Shown here in pieces: positions 57,172 through 64,000 of a DNA stretch of 64,000 nt. Source of the stretch: Gemmatimonadota bacterium (GTDB lineage: Bacteria; JAAXHH01); the NCBI GenBank assembly GCA_009837395.1, contig VXTP01000044.1, positions 17,062 through 81,061 of the forward strand, written 5' to 3'. The notes beneath the pieces were generated by a model. The model was given only the letters and a program-made list of their open reading frames with translations, did no database searches and was not told the DNA's origin. Both the position numbers and the translations under genes were made by a program. How positions within the stretch are numbered: the stretch's first letter is position 1; each line of letters starts with the position of its first letter.

Positions 57172-58104
57172 CTACGCGCTCTCGTACGGCACTGATATAC
57201 CTTCGACGAACTCGGGCTCGTCCATGTCGGCCGTCATGTAGACGTGGCTGCCCTTCCGGTCGCTCGTAGTCCCCGCCATGTGGGCGCCGCTGGCGTCCAG
57301 AGAGATGATCTGCACGCCGCCCACGCGCTGGGAGTCCAGTTCGTTCATGTCCCGCAGCCCTTCGGCCGTGGCCTCTTCGAGCGACATACCCATCTTCATG
57401 TAGGTCACCACGTTCCGGGCCGCGCCGGTCCGGATGGCCAGCTCTCCCGTACCCGTACAGGCCGCGGCGCCGTAGCGGTTGTCCGCGAAGCCGCCCGCGC
57501 TGATGACCGGCGAATCACCCAGCCGGCCCGGGTACTTCCACCCCCAGCCGCTCGTACTGACGCCCACACAGATGTCGCCGTTGCCGTCCTGTGCGATGAA
57601 GTTGGTCGTGCCCCCGGCCTTCTGCGGATCGACGGCCAGGTGGCTCAGCTTCCACAGTTCTTTAGTGTGCTGGAGTTCCTCGGGGTCGTCGATCCCCAGC
57701 TGTTCGCGCACGTGCTTCGCGTAGATCTCGGGCATCTCGGGGTCCACGTAGGTGCTTTTCTCGAAACCCATTTCGCTGGCGAACCGCTCCGCGCCGTCAC
57801 CCACCAGGAAGACGTGGATCAACTTCTCCATGACGCAGCGGGCGATCGAGATCGGGTGGTCGTAGCCCGTAACCGCGCCTACGGCCCCCACGTCGCGCGT
57901 GCGCCCGTCCATGATGAGGGCGTCCAACTGGGGATAACCGAGGATGTTCGGATAGCCGTGCAGGCCGACGCTACGATCGGGACGGTGCACCTCCACCTCC
58001 CGGATGCCGATCTCGATGGCGTCCACCGCGGTCTTGCCTTTCTTGAGCGCGGCCACCGCCTGCCGGATGCCCACGTCGCCGTTGTTCGTAGCCATGACGA
58101 TCAT
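57172..58104 (-). CDS. Isoaspartyl peptidase / glycosylasparaginase family Ntn hydrolase
   Basis: LDALIMDG, HPISIAR, GGTT cleavage site, STSG, PGRLGDSP, TGTGE. Confidence 0.9.
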   Translation of the reverse strand: MIVMATNNGDVGIRQAVAALKKGKTAVDAIEIGIREVEVHRPDRSVGLHGYPNILGYPQLDALIMDGRTRDVGAVGAVTGYDHPISIARCVMEKLIHVFLVGDGAERFASEMGFEKSTYVDPEMPEIYAKHVREQLGIDDPEELQHTKELWKLSHLAVDPQKAGGTTNFIAQDGNGDICVGVSTSGWGWKYPGRLGDSPVISAGGFADNRYGAAACTGTGELAIRTGAARNVVTYMKMGMSLEEATAEGLRDMNELDSQRVGGVQIISLDASGAHMAGTTSDRKGSHVYMTADMDEPEFVEGISVPYESA

Positions 58105-58242
58105 TATGACGGTCCTTTTCACATGATGGTTTTGATTTGTGTTTTATCTACGAGACTGGAAACCTGATTTGCGACTCTTAAGATATCAGCGCGGGATCAG
58201 CGGCGGTAGGCTTATTTGGATGAACTTTGGAAGGCGTCAGAC

Positions 58243-58503
58243 ATGGCCATGATATCCCGTGATCATTGGACCTTCGGCGCCCAGATCATAACCGCCGTCG
58301 GGGTCCTTGTCATTACCGTTTTTGCGTTTGTCAATCAGCTGAACCAGGAATTCAGAAATGAAGTCCGTTCCGACTTCTCGGAAATGCGTGCCGAGTTGGC
58401 TGCTATACGTACCGGGTTATCCTCGATGCGGGAAGAGATACACGACAGGAATACGCGCCTGGGACGGGTAGAAGGATATTTGCGGATTCCCCGTGATCAG
58501 TAA
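58243..58503 (+). CDS. Small hypothetical protein, N-terminal TM + coiled coil
   Basis: IITAVGVLVITVFAFV followed by heptads ending RLGRVEG. Confidence 0.65.
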   Translation: MAMISRDHWTFGAQIITAVGVLVITVFAFVNQLNQEFRNEVRSDFSEMRAELAAIRTGLSSMREEIHDRNTRLGRVEGYLRIPRDQ

Positions 58504-58816
58504 CATGGACCCGGGAGTCCGGTTATAAACAGAAAGGGGGATATATCGAACGGTGAACTTCGGGATCAAACCGGCCTGGAAACTTCGATCTGATGGCATA
58601 GGAGGTGAGAAGGCTGGGATACACAAGTGTTGACGAGTTGCCAACAAAATCGACGTTGACAATCTGCCAACGTTGTGACTTGATTGTTTTGGGATTCATG
58701 TAGTCACCCATGCCAGGTGGCTTGATGGATACAACAGCCGAAACGACGACATACGGGTCGCTCCCGTTCTGTGACGAATCCCTCGAAACAACCACCCCGG
58801 ATAGGTAAGGAACCAG

Positions 58817-59101
58817 ATGATGACTGTAATAGATGATACTCCCGATATGAAACGTCGAATGAGCAGGTTGGAACGTAGGGTTTCCAGTCTTGAAGATACT
58901 TCGAGTTCGATATTGAATCACATCCTCAAAATTGACAACCGTTTGGATGGAATCGAGACTAACGTGGCGGACCAGAAAACCAACTTGGAAGGGATTAAAG
59001 AGAAACTTGATCTTGTTAGTGAAATTGCATCCGCTAACTCAGAATCGTTAGTCCATACAGGGGAAACACTGGATAGGATTTTGAAGATTCTCAAGAAATA
59101 A
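58817..59101 (+). CDS. Small coiled-coil hypothetical protein
   Basis: AAGGA RBS; heptads RMSRLERRVSSLE...RLDGIE; lower GC. Confidence 0.65.
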   Translation: MMTVIDDTPDMKRRMSRLERRVSSLEDTSSSILNHILKIDNRLDGIETNVADQKTNLEGIKEKLDLVSEIASANSESLVHTGETLDRILKILKK

Positions 59102-59284
59102 CCCCATGACGGAGATTGGCATGCCGAAGGCAATTGGTTGCCAAGATACCTTCAAGGCTGAACTGAGAGAACGGTCTACCTCATCCCGATACAACTACGT
59201 AAAGTCAATGAAGGGCTGATCGGGTATCTCGAGTCAAGAAAAGAGGAAGACGCCAAGGGGAAGAAGGTTGACTGTCGATTTAAT

Positions 59285-60013
59285 GTGCGTGTGTGGTCTC
59301 CAAACAGGACGCATGACTACTTGATTATCTGGATTCGAATCGGGACGCTGGATTCCTACAACAGGGATGGCCGAGACTTCCGGCTGAAGCGGAGGCTGGA
59401 AGAGGTTTCCGGGCAGCCGTGCCTGGTGCTGCACCAGGAGCAGATGACGCCGGAGATAGTCGGACCGCTGAACCCCCGGGCCATGCTTCTCAGTGGTTGC
59501 GGGACCTTCTTTCAGCATTTCCGTCCCGAGGTATTCTACGGCTTCGAAGATACGCTGAACGCGATGGCGGACGTGCCCACCATGGGACTGTGCGCCAGCC
59601 ACCAGCTCATGGGGTTCATGTTCAATGACGGCTTCCGCAACCTGACGAAACTCGAAGACGAGATGATGCGGCCTTTGCGGCCCGGTGAACCCGACGTGCT
59701 CGATCCCAATTCCGATGCGCTCGGTTACTTCTGCGAGGAGGGATTTTACCCGGTGCATCAGGTCAGGGCCGATCCGCTGTTCGACGAGCTTCCCGATCCG
59801 GTGGTCGTCCGGCAGTCGCACTACGCGGAGATGAAGACGGTGCCCACGGACTTCGACCTCATCGCCTCGAACGAGAACTGCCGGATCCAGGCGATCAAAC
59901 ACCGGGAGCGGCCCCTGTACGGCACGCAGTTCCACCCGGAATACTACGTCGACGTCTATCCCCACGGCCGGAAGATCCTGGAAAACTTCTTCCGCGTGGC
60001 CGGGGTGCTGTAG
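59285..60013 (+). CDS. Class I glutamine amidotransferase family protein
   Basis: LSG, GLCASHQL (Cys), QSHY, GTQFHPE (His-Glu); true start may be TTG 59321. Confidence 0.88.
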   Translation: MRVWSPNRTHDYLIIWIRIGTLDSYNRDGRDFRLKRRLEEVSGQPCLVLHQEQMTPEIVGPLNPRAMLLSGCGTFFQHFRPEVFYGFEDTLNAMADVPTMGLCASHQLMGFMFNDGFRNLTKLEDEMMRPLRPGEPDVLDPNSDALGYFCEEGFYPVHQVRADPLFDELPDPVVVRQSHYAEMKTVPTDFDLIASNENCRIQAIKHRERPLYGTQFHPEYYVDVYPHGRKILENFFRVAGVL

Positions 60014-60067
60014 CGGCCCGCCTGGCCCGCACACTCCATCCGTCGAGACGACGCAGAGGAGGAGGAA

Positions 60068-60910
60068 ATGTCCAATCAGCATTTCGGCATGAGCGAACTG
60101 GCCCGGTTTGCCGAGGAAGGCTACCTGCGCCTGGGCCGGGTGGCTTCCGACGAACACCTGCAGGCCATGCGCGACCGCATCGACGACATCATGCTGGGCA
60201 ACGTCCGCTACGAGGGCATGCCCATGCAGCGCGACACGGACACGGGCGAGTACGGCGAGCTGCCGACGAGGACGTTCGAGGAAAGCGAGGAAACGCTCGC
60301 TTACCGGCGCATCGACGACCTGCAGCTGGATCCGCTTTTCCTGGGATATATGCAACACCCGTTTTTCCGGGAGGTCACGGAGGCCCTCGTCGGTCCGAAC
60401 GTTTCCATCTTCCGGGCCATGTTCATGAACAAACCGGCCGAACACGGCACCCATCTCCCCTGGCACCAGGACGTCGGCATCGGGTGGGGGCTGGATTCGA
60501 ACCCGGAGACGACCGTCTGGACCGCCCTCGATGCGGCGACGGTCGAAAACGGCTGCATGCAGGTGGTGGTGGGCAGTCACAAGCACGGCGTGATCAATGA
60601 GATGCACTTCCCGTCGGAGGCCGACCAGGCCCGGTACGCGCGGAAGGAAGACTGTATCTACCTCGAGGCGGAGGCGGGTGAGGCCATTCTCCTGAACAAC
60701 CTGCTCCTGCACCGGTCGGCCCGCAATCCCACCGGCAATCCGAGGCGCGCTTTCAGCATCGCGTACATGGACGCCGCCACACGGGCGGTCAAATCGGACG
60801 AGAACTTCCCCGTCATCTTCGGCGAGGGTGCGCTGACCGGCGGCGAGCTGATCGATGGCGTGCTGGCCGAGAGCACCCAGCCGGCGGGCGTGTTGACCGA
60901 TGGCCGCTGA
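60068..60910 (+). CDS. Phytanoyl-CoA dioxygenase (PhyH) family protein
   Basis: FAEEGYL, WHQD, NGCMQVVVGSH, LHRSARN. Confidence 0.92.
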   Translation: MSNQHFGMSELARFAEEGYLRLGRVASDEHLQAMRDRIDDIMLGNVRYEGMPMQRDTDTGEYGELPTRTFEESEETLAYRRIDDLQLDPLFLGYMQHPFFREVTEALVGPNVSIFRAMFMNKPAEHGTHLPWHQDVGIGWGLDSNPETTVWTALDAATVENGCMQVVVGSHKHGVINEMHFPSEADQARYARKEDCIYLEAEAGEAILLNNLLLHRSARNPTGNPRRAFSIAYMDAATRAVKSDENFPVIFGEGALTGGELIDGVLAESTQPAGVLTDGR

Positions 60911-61688
60911 CCCAGAAGGCACTCCGGGAGAACCCGCATTGAAACTGGAAGGGCGTGTCGCGCTCATCACGGGCGGAGGAACGGGGATCGGGGCCGCAAC
61001 GGCGAGGCTCTTTGCCGAGGAAGGCGCGGCCGTCTGCGTCACGGGGCGCAGGAAGGCTCCGCTGGATGAAGTCGTTACCGCCATAGAGGCTACGGGCGGA
61101 CGAGCTTTGGCCGTTTCCGGGGATGTGGCCATCACCGAAGATTGCCAGCGGATGGTCGATCAGACGACGGCCACCTTCGGGCATATCGACGTGCTGGTCA
61201 ACAACGCGGGGACGGGCCCGTTGATGGACGCCGAAAGAACCACCGACGAAATCTGGGACCAGATTATCGGGACGAATTTGTCGGGAGCGTTCCGGCTCAT
61301 CCGCGCGGTCCTGCCGGGCATGATTTCCCGGAACGCCGGGAGTATCGTCAACGTCAGCTCGATCCTCGCGCAATCGGGTATGAAGAAGTCTGCGGCCTAT
61401 GGCGCTTCCAAGGCGGGACTTGACCAGTTGACGCGTGTGCTGGCCGTCGAATTCGCAGATCGCGGGATTCGGGTCAACGCCGTAGCGCCGGGGTGGGTGG
61501 ATACCCCCATGACGGAATCCGTACAGGCTCATTCCCCCATGTACGTGCGGCTGAAGAAAAAGCACCCCATGGACCGTTTCGGTGTGCCCGAAGAAGTGGC
61601 ACAAGCCATCCTGTATCTGGCTTCCGACCAGGCATCCTTTACGACCGGTTCCGTGTTGATGGTCGACGGAGGTTGGAGTGCGGCTTGA
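60900..61688 (+). CDS. SDR-family oxidoreductase
   Basis: TGGGTGIG, NNAG, YGASK, VDGG. Confidence 0.95.
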   Translation: MAADPEGTPGEPALKLEGRVALITGGGTGIGAATARLFAEEGAAVCVTGRRKAPLDEVVTAIEATGGRALAVSGDVAITEDCQRMVDQTTATFGHIDVLVNNAGTGPLMDAERTTDEIWDQIIGTNLSGAFRLIRAVLPGMISRNAGSIVNVSSILAQSGMKKSAAYGASKAGLDQLTRVLAVEFADRGIRVNAVAPGWVDTPMTESVQAHSPMYVRLKKKHPMDRFGVPEEVAQAILYLASDQASFTTGSVLMVDGGWSAA

Positions 61689-61832
61689 CGATATGGGGCG
61701 GACGAAACGCAGTCGGACCGCGCGCGGTCGACGGCAGTTGGAGCGCGACCTGACGGCGGATGACGCGCGACCTGACAATTCGCGTAGCAAAAGGTGTATT
61801 AGTGAAATCATGAAACTGACCGGAGACCGACA

Positions 61833-63272
61833 ATGGGTCTGAGAACGGCTGAACAATACCTGGAAGGATTGCGGGACGGCAGGACGATCTACTTTCGCGG
61901 CGAGCGGGTGCCGGACCTCATGGAGCATCCGGAACTGCGCGTGGGCGCCGAGCATACGGCGTTGGACTATCAACTTGCCGAAGACGAAGCGCACCAGGAC
62001 CTCTTCACCGCGATATGTCCCGAGACGACCGAGCGCGTCAGCCGCTACTTCCTCCCGCCGGCCAACACGGAGGACTTGCTGAAGCGCCGGGAGATGATCG
62101 AGACGAGCACCCGCGAGGGTAGCGGCGTGGTCCTGCTCATCAAGGAAATCGGCACGGACTCCCTGTTCTCGCTACGGCTCGTCGCGCGGCAGATCGACGA
62201 GAAGTATGGCACCAACTATCTGGACCGCGTGAAGAACTACCACGCCGAGTGCCGCGACCGCGACCTGAGCATGGCCGTGGCCCAGACCGACGCCAAGGGG
62301 GACCGCAGCCGCCTGCCGTCCCAGCAGACCCACCCCGACTACTACGTGCGGATCGTGGAACGCCGGCCGGACGGCATCGTGGTCCGAGGCGCCAAGGCCC
62401 ATACCACGGGGACCGCCTTCGTGGACGAAGTGGTCGTACTGCCCACCCGGGCCATCTCGGAAGAGGACAAGGACTACGCCGTGGCCTTCGCCGTGCCCGT
62501 CAACACGCCGGGCGTCCGGCTCATCGCCAGTCCTTTCGGGTTCTCGGGCGAAAGCACCTATCACCACCCGGTGAGCTCGAAGCACCACCTGGTGGAAACC
62601 CTGACCGTCTTCGACGACGTCTTCGTCCCGAACGAGCGCGTCTTCCTGGCCGGAGAATGGGACTTCGCCGGGGTGCTGGCCAACGCCTTCGTGGAGTTCC
62701 ACCGGTTCACGGCGGTGTCCTACAAGCCGCCGCTCCTCGACCTCTTCATCGGCGCGGCCTCGCTGATTGCCGTGTACAACGGGGTGGAGAAAGCGAGCCA
62801 CATACGCGACAAGGCCACGCGGCTCATCACCTACACGGAGACGGTCCGCGCCCTGACCCGCGCGGCCGCCATGGACTGCAAGGTGGTGGACGGCATCGCG
62901 GTGCCGGACACGCTCACGACCAACATCGCCAAGTACCATTTCGCCAACAATTACCACGAGGCGGTGCGGGACGTGCAGGACATCGCCGGGGCACTGCTGG
63001 TCACGGGCCCGTCGGAAGCGGACTGGCACAACGAGGAGACGAAGGGCGACCTGGAGCGCTACCTGGGCGGGCGCAAGGGCGTGCCGACCATGGACCGGAT
63101 GAAGGCCATCAATCTCATCCGCGACCTCACGGCTTCGGATTTCGGCGGGTACCACGAGCTGCTGGCTATCCATGCCGAGGGCTCGCTAGAGGCGCAGAAG
63201 ATAACCATATTTCGCGGATACGACCTGCTGCGGTGCATGGATGTGGCGAAGAAGGCCGCGGGGATCGAGTAG
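61833..63272 (+). CDS. HpaB / 4-hydroxybutyryl-CoA dehydratase family flavoprotein
   Basis: YLEGLRDGR, AQTDAKGDRS, GIVVRGAKAH, FDDVFVP, HAEGS. Confidence 0.88.
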   Translation: MGLRTAEQYLEGLRDGRTIYFRGERVPDLMEHPELRVGAEHTALDYQLAEDEAHQDLFTAICPETTERVSRYFLPPANTEDLLKRREMIETSTREGSGVVLLIKEIGTDSLFSLRLVARQIDEKYGTNYLDRVKNYHAECRDRDLSMAVAQTDAKGDRSRLPSQQTHPDYYVRIVERRPDGIVVRGAKAHTTGTAFVDEVVVLPTRAISEEDKDYAVAFAVPVNTPGVRLIASPFGFSGESTYHHPVSSKHHLVETLTVFDDVFVPNERVFLAGEWDFAGVLANAFVEFHRFTAVSYKPPLLDLFIGAASLIAVYNGVEKASHIRDKATRLITYTETVRALTRAAAMDCKVVDGIAVPDTLTTNIAKYHFANNYHEAVRDVQDIAGALLVTGPSEADWHNEETKGDLERYLGGRKGVPTMDRMKAINLIRDLTASDFGGYHELLAIHAEGSLEAQKITIFRGYDLLRCMDVAKKAAGIE

Positions 63273-63409
63273 GGCCATGCAAGTACCGATTTCGGTAATA
63301 AAGCGATTGATATCTACATAGCTTAAGCAAAATAAAACAGTAGCAGAATAAAACGGTGCTCCAAACGTATTTCTAGAGGCCGTCCGCGTGATTCATCGGA
63401 GGAGATCCC

Positions 63410-63541
63410 ATGCGCACGTTGTACCGCTTGTTGTCCCTGTTTACCCTGTTCAGCGCCCTGTTCAAAGGTGGGCCGTCACGGGCAGGAAAGCATCTGGCCC
63501 GACGCCAGGCCCACAAGACCCTGGCCAGGTGGATGAGGTGA
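63410..63541 (+). CDS. 43-aa basic amphipathic small protein
   Basis: GGAGGAG RBS; MRTLYRLLSLFTLFSALFKGGPSRAGKHLARRQAHKTLARWMR*; ends 4 nt before the folD ATG. Confidence 0.55.
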   Translation: MRTLYRLLSLFTLFSALFKGGPSRAGKHLARRQAHKTLARWMR

Positions 63542-63545
63542 CGGA

Positions 63546-64000
63546 ATGACCTGCAATGGCGGCCCGGTCATCATGAGCGGCCGGAAGCTGGCCGACGAGA
63601 TGCAGGCCGGGCTCACGAATGAAGCGGCCGAAATGCGGAAGCGGGGCGTGGTGCCGGGCCTGGCCACGATCCTGGTCGGAGACGACGGACCCAGCGCGAC
63701 CTACATCTCCATGAAGCACAGGGCGTGCGAGGAGATCGGCATCCGGTCCATCCATACCCACCTGCCCGCCTCCACTTCGCAGAAAGAACTGCTGCAGACC
63801 ATCGGCAGGATGAACGAAGATCCGGAGGTCGACGCGATCCTGGTGCAGATCCCGTTGCCGGATGGACTCGACGAGGACGAGGCGCTGCTCTCCGTGGCGC
63901 CCGACAAGGACGCGGACGGGCTCAATCCCATCAACCTGGGCCGGCTGGTGATCGGCAAGCCTGGGCCCCTGCCCTGCACGCCCAACGGCATCCTCGCCCT
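63546..64000 (+). CDS. folD: Bifunctional methylenetetrahydrofolate dehydrogenase/cyclohydrolase (partial, runs off window)
   Basis: Manual translation: PGLATILVGDD, YISMK, ILVQIPLP, KDADG, PCTP. Confidence 0.95.
   Translation, partial: MTCNGGPVIMSGRKLADEMQAGLTNEAAEMRKRGVVPGLATILVGDDGPSATYISMKHRACEEIGIRSIHTHLPASTSQKELLQTIGRMNEDPEVDAILVQIPLPDGLDEDEALLSVAPDKDADGLNPINLGRLVIGKPGPLPCTPNGILA

Noticed and set aside
59234-61135. Long antisense or alternate-frame ORFs (also 7329..8723, 3368..4642, 31309..32445, 62249..63298)
   Set aside because: Shadow frames of well-supported genes in high-GC DNA; no motifs.
63273-63545. ZTP or THF riboswitch upstream of folD
   Set aside because: No recognisable consensus elements; a covariance-model search would be needed.

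Overview
High-GC bacterial chromosome segment. The gene mix (four PhyH dioxygenases, four HAD hydrolases, a sulfatase, two ~800-aa ABC permeases, tandem GH172) resembles marine or sponge-associated heterotrophs, but that is inference only. The backbone carries hisG, hisC, a solitary parC-type topoisomerase subunit with a ~90-aa insertion, xth and a partial folD. About 39-55 kb is a visibly lower-GC defence island. It holds an SNF2 helicase-DUF3883 gene, a DUF1156 methyltransferase and a HEPN-DUF499 ATPase (restriction-like/BREX-related). An ABC-ATPase plus a small putative PD-(D/E)XK nuclease is nested inside that core, followed by a GmrSD-like DUF262-HNH gene and two intact antitoxins whose toxins are destroyed. 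Manual reading also found unannotated structure. This includes a duplicated inositol monophosphatase 3' end flanking an acquired cassette, in-frame collapsed mini-genes (NUDIX, DUF1801, PIN), and matching 18-bp operator triplets upstream of two membrane-protein/XRE operons. There is also a 7 x 17-bp array upstream of an ECF sigma factor, and many micro-duplications at gene boundaries. No rRNA, tRNA, CRISPR array, integrase or transposase was recognised. All family assignments come from motif recognition, not database searches.
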